A stretch of DNA of 64,000 nt from an uncultured Acidobacteriota bacterium (GTDB lineage: Bacteria > Acidobacteriota > UBA6911 > RPQK01 > JAPXNP01). The translations under genes were made by a program, and so were the position numbers. The notes under the pieces were generated by a model. The model was not told the DNA's origin. It saw nothing but the letters and a program-made list of their open reading frames with translations, and ran no database searches. The stretch lies in contig CAVZRV010000011.1 in NCBI GenBank assembly GCA_963777605.1, forward strand, positions 128,001 to 192,000, in the 5' to 3' direction. Positions 1-10,339 of the stretch are shown here, one piece after another; position 1 is the first letter of the stretch, and every line of letters begins with the position of its first letter.

Positions 1-2
1 TG

Positions 3-974
3 GCGCTGGAGCGATTTGCAGATGGAAAGTACGTTGGCTGGCTCGACCCGTCTTTGCGTCTGCCCATTGGACTGCTCGGCGACCTGGGCTCTGCTGAAAC
101 CTGCAAGGGAGGCGAATTGCTCCTGCGTTGCCGGGGCCGGCTGATCGTTCGCGTGTCGATCGAGGTGGAGGGCATCCCGCAAAACTGCTTTCTCTACCTG
201 TTCAGGAATCGTTCCTTTGGCCGTTCCCTGCGAACGACATACGCTTTTCACATCATGGGAATTGCCCGTCGACTGCAGGACCGAGGCTTCGCGACGCTGG
301 ACGTGTTCGCCGCCCTCAAGCCCCGCCGGCAATTCCTGAACTGGGACAGTTTCCTGGTCGCCCGCGAGATCCTCCAGGTTGCGGAACTCCCGTCGGTCGG
401 CCGGCATGTTTTTCAAATTCACGAGTGGGCACCCCTGAACCGTGCCGTCACCTCGACCGTGGCCCGCCAGATTGCGGCTTTCCACAATGCCGGTTTCATT
501 CACGGAGATCTCAAGTCGCGCCACGTCTTGCTGCGGGGAATGGAGGATCCGGAGAATGCACGCGTCATCCTGGTCGACCTGGAAAAGGCGAAACATATCG
601 GCGGGTCGCTGAGGCCGGTTCACGATTTCTTCGCGGCACGAGATCTGATTCAGCTCCTGGCCTCCCTTCCCTTTCCGATTGAGGGATCGACACATTCGGG
701 CAGCGCCGCCGAATTCCTCGACGACTATTTAGCGCACAGAAACTTGAGGCCCCGGCGAAGTCGCCTGATTCAGCGCATCATCGCCCTTTATGGCCCTCAG
801 GGACGCTTTCAGCAGGGAAAGACCTTTCTCCAATGCCTTGCTGCGGCGATTCGTCACGGAAAAACAGGAGAGTCGGTCCGCTACAACCCGGTCCAGCCTA
901 ACCTGCCGCTGGGCCCCGCACAGCCGACTCGGCCTGGAAACGCCGATACCGCACGTCAAAGTGAACCCTCATGA
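3..974 (+). CDS. Lipopolysaccharide kinase (Kdo/WaaP/InaA-like) family protein; 5' end at or beyond the window edge
   Basis: Frame open from base 3 (ALERFADGKYVGW...). Kinase motifs FHNAGFIHGDLK and LVDLE. Next to polysaccharide export genes; 3' end overlaps wzt convergently (898-974). Confidence 0.7.
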   Translation, partial: ALERFADGKYVGWLDPSLRLPIGLLGDLGSAETCKGGELLLRCRGRLIVRVSIEVEGIPQNCFLYLFRNRSFGRSLRTTYAFHIMGIARRLQDRGFATLDVFAALKPRRQFLNWDSFLVAREILQVAELPSVGRHVFQIHEWAPLNRAVTSTVARQIAAFHNAGFIHGDLKSRHVLLRGMEDPENARVILVDLEKAKHIGGSLRPVHDFFAARDLIQLLASLPFPIEGSTHSGSAAEFLDDYLAHRNLRPRRSRLIQRIIALYGPQGRFQQGKTFLQCLAAAIRHGKTGESVRYNPVQPNLPLGPAQPTRPGNADTARQSEPS

Positions 975-2205
975 GGCCGTAAACCAGGCCGGTATCGACG
1001 ATATTGAAGATGTACGCATTGTCGATCCAGTCCTCGACCGTATGTTCCCAGATGTTGCCTCGGGCCGCGGCAGGTGAGATGGAGTAACTCCCGGGCCTGA
1101 GGTTGGGAACCGTCCAGTCGAACCCGACCGTAACTGTCTCGCCGGCAGCGACCTTGGGCAGCGAGACCCCCTCGTACGAGGTGTTGGTGGCACAGACCTC
1201 CATCCCCATGCGGTCGCGGAAAGTGACCCCTATAATCGGGTTTTCGGCGGCTTTCCTGAATCGCACGGTTACCAGAAGATTCAACTGCTCTCCGGCCCGG
1301 ACTTCGCTGACTACCCGTCCGTCGGAGGTGTGGAGGATGACTCCAATGATCTCGGCATTCCCTTCTCCGAACCGGTTGTGGACGTACGGTACCGTTCGGA
1401 TCATCGGGAGGGCCTCGTCCTCGTCGAGGCTGATCCAGTCTTCCCCCTGGCCGGCCCGCTTCCGTTCCCGGTCGAAGATCAACGCATGGTAGGCATGAAT
1501 GACCGCTTCCGGGGTTCCGTCTTCCTTCAGTTCCCCCTGGTCAAGGAGAATTGCACGGTCGCAGAACTGGGCCAGCGCCTGAAGATCGTGTGTGACGAAA
1601 AGAATCGTCTTGCCATCCTTCTTCATCTGCCTGATCCGGTTGATGCACCGGTGCTGAAAGATCAGGTCGCCGACGGCGAGGGCTTCGTCCACCAGCAGGA
1701 TGTCGGGATCGACGTGAATGGCAACCGCGAATGCCAGCCTGACGAACATTCCGCTCGAATAGGTCTTAACGGGCCGGTCAATGAAATCGCCGATCTCGGC
1801 AAATTCGACGATATCATCGAATCGCGCCTCCATCCCCTCCTTGCGAATCCCATTGATTGCCCCGTTCATGAACACGTTTTCCCGCCCCGTGAACTCCGGG
1901 TTGAATCCGGCGCCCAGTTCCAGAAGTGCGGCAACATTTCCACGGACCTGGCAGTCACCTTCGGTCTGGCGCAAAATCCCGGCTACGATCTGCAGCAGCG
2001 TGCTCTTACCCGAACCGTTCGGTCCGACGATTCCCAGGGTCGTCCGCGGCGAGACTTCGAGATCAACCTTGCGGAGTGCCCAAAACTCCCGATGAAAGCG
2101 GCGCTTGCGCAGGGTCAGCAACTCGGCCAGTTTTTGACTCGGCCGATCGTAGAGCGGGTAGCTCTTCGAAACCTGTCGAAGTCGGATCGCCGTGTCAGAG
2201 GACAT
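898..2205 (-). CDS. wzt: Polysaccharide ABC transporter ATP-binding protein with C-terminal carbohydrate-binding (Wzt_C) domain
   Basis: Walker A GPNGSGKST, signature YSSGM, Walker B LLVDE, GFNPEFTGREN. About 170-aa C-terminal beta-sandwich extension. ATG at 2205 (MSSDTAIRL) overlaps the wzm stop. Confidence 0.9.
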   Translation of the reverse strand: MSSDTAIRLRQVSKSYPLYDRPSQKLAELLTLRKRRFHREFWALRKVDLEVSPRTTLGIVGPNGSGKSTLLQIVAGILRQTEGDCQVRGNVAALLELGAGFNPEFTGRENVFMNGAINGIRKEGMEARFDDIVEFAEIGDFIDRPVKTYSSGMFVRLAFAVAIHVDPDILLVDEALAVGDLIFQHRCINRIRQMKKDGKTILFVTHDLQALAQFCDRAILLDQGELKEDGTPEAVIHAYHALIFDRERKRAGQGEDWISLDEDEALPMIRTVPYVHNRFGEGNAEIIGVILHTSDGRVVSEVRAGEQLNLLVTVRFRKAAENPIIGVTFRDRMGMEVCATNTSYEGVSLPKVAAGETVTVGFDWTVPNLRPGSYSISPAAARGNIWEHTVEDWIDNAYIFNIVDTGLVYGLMRVHFDVRYRRFQAESAVRGPAAG

Positions 2206-3019
2206 CGATAAATTCCCGTTTGGTATTGCGAAAGACAAAGCCGCCGACCACGAATGCCGCAATCGCCCAAATCCAGATCAGGCCTAACCCCGAAAGTGAC
2301 GGCAAATTCCCCTCCAGGAGGCAGCCCCGGTAACCTTCTACGACCGCGGCCAGCGGGTTGAACAGAAGAAGGGGACGAAAAGCCTTCGGAACCATTTCTA
2401 CGGAGTAGAAGATCGGTGTAAACCAGAACCAGAAGATGAGGGCCACCGAAAGGACCTGGAGGGTATCTCGGAGAAAGACCTGGAGCGAGGCCAGGATCCA
2501 ACCGAGGCCCAGGCAGAGAATCATTAACGGGATCAGAAACAGAGGAATCAAGACGACCGTCCACTTCAGCAGGCCCATCCAGAGCAGTACGACGAGCAGC
2601 ACGGCCACGCTTATCAGGTGGAAAGCGAGGTTCGAAACCATCAGGGAAACCGGCAGGATCTCGGACGGGAAGATGGTTTTTCGGATCAGGTTGGCATTCT
2701 CCAGAACGCAGGAGCAGCTCCGTACCAGGGTGTCCTGAAAGTAGAGCCAGGGCAAGATCCCACAGAACAGGAAAACAGCGAAATTGTCGGTGGCGGCAGT
2801 CGTAGGACGCACCTTGAAGACGATGGAAAAGACAAATGTGTACGAAACGAGAAGAACGAACGGGTGCACGACCGACCAGAGGAAGCCCATCATCGAGCCG
2901 ATGTAGCGCCCTTTCAGATCGCGCAGAACGAAATTCCAGATCAGGTAGCGCTGGATCAGCAGCTTCCTGAAGAAATTCGTCGATATCTGAACCGCAGCCG
3001 GTCTAGCCAACAAGCTCAT
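2195..3019 (-). CDS. wzm: Polysaccharide ABC transporter permease (ABC-2)
   Basis: RDLKGRYIGS.MGFLWS, FLRD and TPIFY...NPL motifs; about 6 TM segments; directly upstream of wzt. Confidence 0.9.
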   Translation of the reverse strand: MSLLARPAAVQISTNFFRKLLIQRYLIWNFVLRDLKGRYIGSMMGFLWSVVHPFVLLVSYTFVFSIVFKVRPTTAATDNFAVFLFCGILPWLYFQDTLVRSCSCVLENANLIRKTIFPSEILPVSLMVSNLAFHLISVAVLLVVLLWMGLLKWTVVLIPLFLIPLMILCLGLGWILASLQVFLRDTLQVLSVALIFWFWFTPIFYSVEMVPKAFRPLLLFNPLAAVVEGYRGCLLEGNLPSLSGLGLIWIWAIAAFVVGGFVFRNTKREFIDVL

Positions 3020-4106
3020 TGAACAGCGCCTCGTACTGATCGGTCACCGAATCCCAGCTGTAGTATTGAGCCACCCGCTCTCTCGCCTTGCGCCCGTATG
3101 GTTCAACCTGCTCCGGTGACGCCGCCACAAGTTTCATCAGCTGAGACAGGGTATCGCATTCCTGGAACTTGCAGAAAAGGGCACACCCTCCAGCTACCTC
3201 GAGGTTCTCGGGGTTTTCATTCACGATCGCTACCGCCCCCACCCCCATTGCTTCCAGCAGCGCCGGGTGAGTCCCCCCCACCTCGGTCGCATGAAGATAG
3301 CAGGTGCAGTGAGAAATGAGTTCCCGGTACCCCTCTCCGTAGATAGCGCCCGGCATCAGCACCCCGGAACCTCGAGAAAGGTCCCTCAGTTTCTGAATGT
3401 ACCGGTCGGCGTAAGGGGCGTCTCCAACAACGACGAGGGGCAGATCCAGGTCGCTCTTGCGATAGGCCTCGATAGCCAGGTGGGCATTGTTTTCGGGCTC
3501 CAGTCGACTCACGTAAAGAAAATAGCGCCTCGGCACGAGGCCAAGCCTGTCGAGTACGACAGTGCTGGACGACCGGTCGAGCCCCGCTCCGTAGGGAACA
3601 AAGGTTGAGGGGCACCGGTACTTCGTGAGGTAGTACTGCTGGATAGTTCGGGCGTCGGTGACTACGCGGCTCGGGAACCAGGTGGCGAGGCGTTCCCCAA
3701 GGCGGTAATACGCCTTTCCAACCCGGCCCCACTTGCTTCTCAGGCGCTCGATTCCGTCCACGTTCAGGACCACGGCACGGCCTCGGAGCCTGGGAATCCA
3801 GGTCATGAATGCGTTTGCAGCGTTGCAGACCAGGACAACATCACAGGGACGGACCAGGTTGTCGAGACCCGAAATGAAGGAGTGGCTGACCGTCTCCAGA
3901 TATTTGCTGCGAATTGCCGGCAGGCGGGTCAGGCGAACGCCTCGGTAATCGTCGAGTTCCTCCGGTACGTAGTGGTTCCGCCCGTAGACCGTCACCCGAT
4001 GGCCGCGATCGACCAGGCGAACCGAGAGTTCTTCTGCAAACGTCTCGAACCCGCCGTAATTGGCCGGGATGCCCCGGGTTCCAAGGATGGCTATGCGCAA
4101 AGACAT
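3003..4106 (-). CDS. GT4-type glycosyltransferase with DUF1972-like N-terminus (WchF/RgpA-like)
   Basis: N-terminal RIAILGTRGIPANYGGFETFAEEL; VSRLEPENN and GGTHPALLEAM motifs; ATG at 4106. Confidence 0.85.
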   Translation of the reverse strand: MSLRIAILGTRGIPANYGGFETFAEELSVRLVDRGHRVTVYGRNHYVPEELDDYRGVRLTRLPAIRSKYLETVSHSFISGLDNLVRPCDVVLVCNAANAFMTWIPRLRGRAVVLNVDGIERLRSKWGRVGKAYYRLGERLATWFPSRVVTDARTIQQYYLTKYRCPSTFVPYGAGLDRSSSTVVLDRLGLVPRRYFLYVSRLEPENNAHLAIEAYRKSDLDLPLVVVGDAPYADRYIQKLRDLSRGSGVLMPGAIYGEGYRELISHCTCYLHATEVGGTHPALLEAMGVGAVAIVNENPENLEVAGGCALFCKFQECDTLSQLMKLVAASPEQVEPYGRKARERVAQYYSWDSVTDQYEALFNELVG

Positions 4107-4149
4107 GGGCAAGAATCCAGGAAGAGCGTCCCCAGGTCGCCGGGCCACA

Positions 4150-5388
4150 TCAGGCGAGGGCGGCCTTGTCTCCCGAGGTTCCCCGCTTTCGAGCCGCGTA
4201 CGCTGCCGTAACCACGAACAGCGTGAGTACCACGATTTCCGAATCGCCGAAATTATATTCAAAGAAGCCCATAAGATGAACGGAAACGAGAACCCCGACA
4301 CCACTCCAGGACAACGCCCGTGTCAGTTCGTCTTGGCTCCTGGACATCCCCAACAGGTCGAAGAGGACCTTGACCCAGAGCGCCAACCAGGCTAGCAGTG
4401 CGGGAACACCCAGTTCGGCAGCGATTTGAAGGACATTGTTGTGCAGGTGCTGGTACATCCACCGGGGAAACTCCCCGTCCGCCTTGCGGGCCGCCGCGCC
4501 CTGTACCAAGCGGGGGCCGACTCCGGTCCAGGGGTTCTCGCGAACCAGGGCCAGCCCGGCTTGAACAAGTTCCAGGCGCCCCCGGGTTGTCGTGTCCTTC
4601 AGGTCAAAACCGGAGAGGAGTCGGTTGTGGAAACTCCCTGGGAGAAGCAGAAACACAAACAGGACCAGGGCAGTCCATGCCACCGCCCATCGAAATCGGA
4701 ACAGCGCGAGAAGGACCAGGCACCCCGCAGCCACTCCCATCCATGCGCTCCTCGTGAAGGTAAGCAGTGTCGCAGTGCAAAAGAGGCAGAACAGCACCAG
4801 CAACCCGATCTGGACCGGGCGCGATTGGCGAAGATAGCGCCGCGCAGAGAGGAGAACCGCCAGGGAAATCACGGCGCAGATCATCATCTGACCCGAAAAG
4901 GTCATCCAATGACTCATGAACCCATCGATACGATTGAGAAGCGTGACCTTCTTGAACCAGAAATACTGACCCACACCCCAGAGGGCGCTCAAACCCGCGA
5001 CCACGAGCAGAATACCGACGGCCCGACGCAACTGTTCCCGGCTCACGTAGGTGTAGACCAGGGCAAAGCCCAGAAACTTGATGAACTTCTCCAGGTAGGC
5101 TGCACTCGTCGAGGGGTCCGGGGAGAATGCAATCGAGATGATGGTCAATCCCAGGAAAACGAAGAGTAACCAGTAGAAAGGCGGAAGCTCGAGCAACAGC
5201 CGCCGGCTTCGCCCACAGTCCCATATCCACGCCACGACGGCGAGGCCGAACAGCACCCCGAACAGGAAAACAGAGACCAGGGATGAAACGACTGCGGCCA
5301 AGACCAGGGGAGCCACCAGCTCCGCCGGGTCAGGCCAAGACTTCCTACGGGGAGTCCTCTGCTCCACCTCAGGGTCAGTCACCAACAT
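4150..5388 (-). CDS. O-antigen ligase (WaaL/Wzy_C) family membrane protein
   Basis: Multi-TM protein with TFTRSAW, PWTGVG and HLHNNVLQIAAELG motifs. Confidence 0.85.
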   Translation of the reverse strand: MLVTDPEVEQRTPRRKSWPDPAELVAPLVLAAVVSSLVSVFLFGVLFGLAVVAWIWDCGRSRRLLLELPPFYWLLFVFLGLTIISIAFSPDPSTSAAYLEKFIKFLGFALVYTYVSREQLRRAVGILLVVAGLSALWGVGQYFWFKKVTLLNRIDGFMSHWMTFSGQMMICAVISLAVLLSARRYLRQSRPVQIGLLVLFCLFCTATLLTFTRSAWMGVAAGCLVLLALFRFRWAVAWTALVLFVFLLLPGSFHNRLLSGFDLKDTTTRGRLELVQAGLALVRENPWTGVGPRLVQGAAARKADGEFPRWMYQHLHNNVLQIAAELGVPALLAWLALWVKVLFDLLGMSRSQDELTRALSWSGVGVLVSVHLMGFFEYNFGDSEIVVLTLFVVTAAYAARKRGTSGDKAALA

Positions 5389-5434
5389 CCCCTCTCCGTA
5401 TCAAACTGGATCACTTCAACTTCGAATGGTGGGT

Positions 5435-6568
5435 TCATGACTCGGCGCCGGCCTCGTAGAATCGTCGCACCAGGCGGGCGATTCGAGCAGCGTCCTCGAC
5501 CGGCAAACCTGGAAAAAGAGGGAAACAGAGGACCGACTCGGAAACGGCTTCGGCGTTAGGCAGAGCCCCCTTCTCCAGCCCGAGGTGGCGATAGGCTTCC
5601 ATCAGGTGAAGCGGAGTCGGGTAGACCACTCGGACATCCACTCCCCGCTCACGCAGATAGGCCGCCAACCCATCCCGCCGTTCGGTCAGTGCGGCCAGCA
5701 CATGGTAAACGTGGATAAAGCTCTCGGGAACTTTCTGAAACCGCACATGGTCGAGCCCGGACAGCTCATCACGGTAGGCTTCTGCCAGTAGCCGCCGCTC
5801 ATCGTTCCAACGTTCGAGGTGAGGAAGCTTCAGCAGCAGGAGGGCCGCCTGGAACGAGTCCATCCGGGAGTTGTACCCTTCCGTCGAATGGGCGTAGGGT
5901 CCTACCTGGCCGTGATTGCGGAGCAGCCGGACGCGTTGTGCTAATTCCGGCTCGCGGCAGGTCACCGCGCCGGCGTCGCCGAAAGCGCCAAGATTCTTGG
6001 AAGGATAAAAGCTGAAAGCCGCGGCATCGCCAAAAGCACCGGCCCGAACTCCCCCCTGGGAAGCACCGTGGGCCTGGCAGGCATCTTCGACTACCAGCAA
6101 ATCGTGTTCCCGGGCCAGGCGTCCGATCGACTCCATGTCGGCCAGGAGCCCAAAAATGTGCACGGGGATGACCGCCCTCGTGCGGGATGTCACCTGGGAA
6201 CGGACCGTATCGGACGTTATTGTGAAGGTCTCGAGGTCTACATCGGCCAGCACGAGCCTGCCAACCTGGCTGATCGCCTCTCCCGTTGCAATGAACGTGA
6301 ATGGAGACGTGATCACTTCGTCTTCGGGAGTGATTCCGCCCGCCACAAGGGCGAGTCTGAGAGCATCGGTTCCACTGTTCAGGGCCACGCTATGAGCGGC
6401 CCCACAGTAGGTAGCGAACTGTCGTTCGAGTTCTTCGACCTCAGGACCACCGACGAACTGGTTTTTGGCCACCATTTCGGCGATCTTCTCGAGAAACTGG
6501 GTCTTAATGGATTCAGTCTGAGCGGTCAGATCCAAGTAGGGAATTTTCACTGTCGGTTCCAATCTCAT
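5435..6568 (-). CDS. DegT/DnrJ/EryC1/StrS family PLP-dependent sugar aminotransferase
   Basis: NSGTDAL, EDACQAHGA, FSFYPSKNLGAFGDAG (PLP lysine) and GYNSRMD motifs; ATG at 6568. Confidence 0.9.
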   Translation of the reverse strand: MRLEPTVKIPYLDLTAQTESIKTQFLEKIAEMVAKNQFVGGPEVEELERQFATYCGAAHSVALNSGTDALRLALVAGGITPEDEVITSPFTFIATGEAISQVGRLVLADVDLETFTITSDTVRSQVTSRTRAVIPVHIFGLLADMESIGRLAREHDLLVVEDACQAHGASQGGVRAGAFGDAAAFSFYPSKNLGAFGDAGAVTCREPELAQRVRLLRNHGQVGPYAHSTEGYNSRMDSFQAALLLLKLPHLERWNDERRLLAEAYRDELSGLDHVRFQKVPESFIHVYHVLAALTERRDGLAAYLRERGVDVRVVYPTPLHLMEAYRHLGLEKGALPNAEAVSESVLCFPLFPGLPVEDAARIARLVRRFYEAGAES

Positions 6569-6666
6569 TGCAGTCGCCCCGCACATTATAGCGGCCCGCC
6601 CGAAGTTCCAGCTGAAGTCAACGTCAGTTCGCAACAGCTTTGACAGAGTGGTAATATCCCGAATCC

Positions 6667-7899
6667 ATGCGACCCACAAGACCCTTTGAATATCGATCAG
6701 GGCAACTGCACTGCGAGCAGGTTGATCTCAACCAGGTCGCGGAGCAGGTTGGCACGCCCTGCTACATCTACAGCGCGGAGGCGATCCGGTGTAACTACCG
6801 CACCATTAAGCGGTGGTTCCAGCCTCTGGCCCCGAAGATCTGTTATGCCGTCAAGGCAAACTCCAACCTGGCCGTTCTTCGTCTCCTCAAAGAGGAAGGC
6901 TGCGGATTCGACATCGTCTCAGGCGGTGAGCTTTTTCGCCTGAACCGGGTCGGGGCCAACGCCGCCGACGTCATTTACAGCGGGGTCGGCAAGACCGATG
7001 CGGAACTCGAATCAGCCATTTCCCAGGAGATTTTCTCCCTCGTCATCGAGTCCCGCGCCGAACTCAAACAGGTTTCCCGGGTGGCCCGGGGCCGGCCGGT
7101 CCAGATTTCTCTCCGGGTCAATCCCGAGATCGACGCCCAGACCCACCCGTACATCTCGACCGGGCTGAGGCAGCACAAGTTCGGAATCGACTTGGAGGAA
7201 TTGCCCTCCGTACTCGACCTGATCGAGGCAAATTCGGCCCTCGAACTGATCGGCATCGGAGCCCACATCGGCTCTCAAATTCTCGAAGCCGCTCCCTTCG
7301 TGAATGCCTTTCGGAAGATTCGGGAGCTGGCCGACTCGGTTCGGGACCAGGGGTTTTCGGTGACTCACCTCGATGTGGGAGGGGGATTCGGGATCCCGTA
7401 CAATTCGGAGTCACCGCTGAACCTTTCCGAACTGGCGGAATCGCTGATCGAGCTCAAGGGGGACTATTCAATCGTGATGGAGCCCGGCCGGTTCATCGTC
7501 GCGACCGCCGGAATCCTGCTGACCAGTGTCCTCTACCGGAAAATGAACCACGGCAAGGAATTCGCCGTGGTTGACGCGGCCATGAACGATCTCATCCGGC
7601 CGGCCCTCTACGACGCGCACCACGAGATCCGCCCGGTGCGGGAAGGAGAAAACACCATGGTCGCCGATGTGGTCGGTCCGATTTGCGAGACCGCCGACTT
7701 TCTGGCCCGCGGCCGGGAACTCCCGAGAGTCGTCAGCGGTGACCTCCTGGCCGTCATGGACGCCGGAGCGTACGGATTCGTAGCGTCGTCCAATTACAAT
7801 TCGCGACCGCGCTGCGCCGAAGTTATGGTCGATGGACGGACATCCCACATCATCAGGCGCCGGGAGACGTTCGAGGACCTGATCAGCGCGGAAGAGTGA
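6667..7899 (+). CDS. lysA: Diaminopimelate decarboxylase
   Basis: YAVKANSN (PLP lysine), HIGSQI, DVGGGFG, EPGRF, GPICETAD and SNYNSRPR. Confidence 0.95.
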   Translation: MRPTRPFEYRSGQLHCEQVDLNQVAEQVGTPCYIYSAEAIRCNYRTIKRWFQPLAPKICYAVKANSNLAVLRLLKEEGCGFDIVSGGELFRLNRVGANAADVIYSGVGKTDAELESAISQEIFSLVIESRAELKQVSRVARGRPVQISLRVNPEIDAQTHPYISTGLRQHKFGIDLEELPSVLDLIEANSALELIGIGAHIGSQILEAAPFVNAFRKIRELADSVRDQGFSVTHLDVGGGFGIPYNSESPLNLSELAESLIELKGDYSIVMEPGRFIVATAGILLTSVLYRKMNHGKEFAVVDAAMNDLIRPALYDAHHEIRPVREGENTMVADVVGPICETADFLARGRELPRVVSGDLLAVMDAGAYGFVASSNYNSRPRCAEVMVDGRTSHIIRRRETFEDLISAEE

Positions 7900-7987
7900 T
7901 CAACATTTGCGATCTGCGATTTTTGATTGGATTTGGTGGTAGGCACGGGACCCGCGCTAAAGCCATCGCGCGGAGAATCCGTCTGCT

Positions 7988-9085
7988 CTACTGCGTATCC
8001 TCTACCCTGATTGACTCGATGGTGATCGGCATCAGCGGCTTTTCCCCCTGGGTTGGAGCCTGGGCGATCCCGTCCACCGTGTCGATCCCCTGGCTGACAC
8101 GGCCGAAAACAGTGTACTGCCCGTCAAGCGAAGGAATCGTGTCGAGGCAGATGAAAAAGGTGTCGATCCCGCTGTCGGGATCGTTCGCTCGAGCCATCGA
8201 GAGCACCCCTCGAACATGGGGCCGGTCGCTGAATTCGGCCTTCAGTGGGTGAACCAGGGCCCGGTACTTCTGCGGGATCGGCTCCTTGCGGCTGGAAAGT
8301 GCCCCGCCCTGGATCACGAAGTTAGGCACCACGCGGTGAAACGTGGTCCCATCGTAAAGACCCAGCTTGGCGAAGCGGAGGAACTGCCGGACGTGCTCGG
8401 GAGCAGTGTCGGGAAAGAACTCGAGCCTGAACTCACCCAGGTTGGTCTTCACCAGTGCGGTGTAGCGGGCGAGTTCCTCGGCCGGGAGGCCTTCAAAAGG
8501 AATCGGTTCAGGCTTGGGGCGTTCCCGCTCGTAGGTGCGCTGGATGACGACCCGGTCTCTCAATCGCTGGGACGCATCGGTCGGCATCGTGGAAATTGCC
8601 TCCGCCACTTCCATCCCTTCGACGACCTTTCCGAAGATCGTGAACTGCCCGTCAAGCTGCGGCTGGTCGGTCACGCAAATGAAGAACTGCGCCCCTCCAC
8701 TGTTGGGTTGCCCGGGAACGAGCACAGCCGAGACCGTGCCCCGCGTGTGTGACAAGTTGCTGATCTCGGCGTCCAATTCGAAGAGTCCCCCGGTACCGTA
8801 CTGTTCGGACTTGGCGGGATCTTTTGAGAGAGGGTCTCCGCCCTGAATGATCCCCAGCGGAATTGCCCGGTGAAAAGTCGTGCCTTCGTATTCGCCCTTT
8901 CGAATCCGCTCCCTGAACCGGGCCACGTGCCTGGGTGCAACCTCGGGATAGAGTTCGAGAACCATCTGGCCTTTCGAGGTCTCAATTACGACCTGGCGAT
9001 CTGCCAGCTTCGGATCTTCGGCGGCACCGAACCCTGAATTCGCCCCTGCCAGGAGGAGAATCAGGGCCAACAAGGCTTTCCTCAT
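7988..9085 (-). CDS. Exported peptidyl-prolyl cis-trans isomerase with two cyclophilin domains
   Basis: Signal peptide MRKALLALILLLAGANS. Two repeats of FHR....IQGG...FFIC....LDGQ[FY]T[IV]FG.V..G. Confidence 0.9.
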   Translation of the reverse strand: MRKALLALILLLAGANSGFGAAEDPKLADRQVVIETSKGQMVLELYPEVAPRHVARFRERIRKGEYEGTTFHRAIPLGIIQGGDPLSKDPAKSEQYGTGGLFELDAEISNLSHTRGTVSAVLVPGQPNSGGAQFFICVTDQPQLDGQFTIFGKVVEGMEVAEAISTMPTDASQRLRDRVVIQRTYERERPKPEPIPFEGLPAEELARYTALVKTNLGEFRLEFFPDTAPEHVRQFLRFAKLGLYDGTTFHRVVPNFVIQGGALSSRKEPIPQKYRALVHPLKAEFSDRPHVRGVLSMARANDPDSGIDTFFICLDTIPSLDGQYTVFGRVSQGIDTVDGIAQAPTQGEKPLMPITIESIRVEDTQ

Positions 9086-9113
9086 TCTGATGCGTCCTTT
9101 CATTCCCGGGCTG

Positions 9114-10292
9114 TCACGCCGGCCCACCCTGGCTGAGAAGCGTTCGGGCGATCGCTTCATAGCCAACCCGGGATGCGGTCAGCTGATCGATCTCGATGTA
9201 TTCGTCCACCACATGGGCCAGCGCTTCCCGCGACGGCCCGTACCCAACGGTCGGCAACCCCAGTTCCCCTGCCGTCAGGGCGGCGTTCGTGCAGAATCGA
9301 TAGGCCGATATCCCCCGCATCAGGCCGACGCTCTCCAGAGCCGACACTGACCCCCGAACGATAGGGGACTCCATGAGGGTCTCCCACGGTGGATACCACT
9401 TCCTGGAGACCAGCACTTGACCGGTTGGAGTGGTGACCCGCGCTTCTGCCAGTTCGACGGTAGTTTCAACCTCCGCTTGACGACAGCAGTCCTCGAAATC
9501 GGCGTTCACTCCCTCCAGTGTATCTCCCGGGACTAATCGACGTTCGTAGGTCATTAGACATCTGCCGGGGACCATTGACTGCGCCGGGAACGGGTCCGAG
9601 ACCAGTGCCGTGAGGCACTGCACCCCTGCCCCAACCAGGTCATGGCGAGGCATCTCGAGCCTCTCGACTTCACGGATCACCCGGATTGCTTCCAGGACGG
9701 CATTCTTACCCAACTCGGGACTGGAGGCATGAGCCGGCCGCCCGGCGACATCGAGAATGAATTCCGCCCTGCCCCGCCCACCTCGGGCCAGTTTGAGGTC
9801 GCTGGGTTCACCAATGACCACGAAGTCGGGACAGAAGGACTCGAGCACACCCTTGAGAGCCGTTCCCTCGGTTTGCTCTTCACCGATGGAGCCGCATACA
9901 ACCAGGCGACCCGCCAGCGTCTCCCGGTTGAGATTCCCGCCAGCACGAATCATGGCGGCGAGGGCGCCCTTCATGTCGGTTGAGCCTCGACCCCAGATTC
10001 GCCCACCCTTCACGAGTCCCTCAAAAGGCCCAACCGTCCAGGACTCCGGACGACCGATCCCGACCGTGTCCAAGTGTGCGTCGAAGAGAAGTACCGGGCC
10101 CGGAGAAGATCCTTCCACCACGCCCAGCACGTTACCCACAGGATCCCGGAAGACTTCGTCGAAGCCGAGCAGTTCCATCTCGACCGCTACGATGGACGCC
10201 ACCCCGTCTTCGCCGCCTAGAACACTGGGTTGCCGCACGAGGCGGCAGGCAAGATCCACGAGGGCCTCATCTTCCTCATCGATCCAGGGCAT
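9114..10292 (-). CDS. M20 family metallohydrolase (YgeY/ArgE/DapE-like)
   Basis: DAHLDTVG, GRGSTDMKG, GEE, VIGEPS, AHAS and AHVVDEYI motifs. Confidence 0.85.
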   Translation of the reverse strand: MPWIDEEDEALVDLACRLVRQPSVLGGEDGVASIVAVEMELLGFDEVFRDPVGNVLGVVEGSSPGPVLLFDAHLDTVGIGRPESWTVGPFEGLVKGGRIWGRGSTDMKGALAAMIRAGGNLNRETLAGRLVVCGSIGEEQTEGTALKGVLESFCPDFVVIGEPSDLKLARGGRGRAEFILDVAGRPAHASSPELGKNAVLEAIRVIREVERLEMPRHDLVGAGVQCLTALVSDPFPAQSMVPGRCLMTYERRLVPGDTLEGVNADFEDCCRQAEVETTVELAEARVTTPTGQVLVSRKWYPPWETLMESPIVRGSVSALESVGLMRGISAYRFCTNAALTAGELGLPTVGYGPSREALAHVVDEYIEIDQLTASRVGYEAIARTLLSQGGPA

Positions 10293-10339
10293 CAGAAAAT
10301 ATTCGCCTCCATGAAGCTCGGGCCGCTTGCCGCAGCCCC

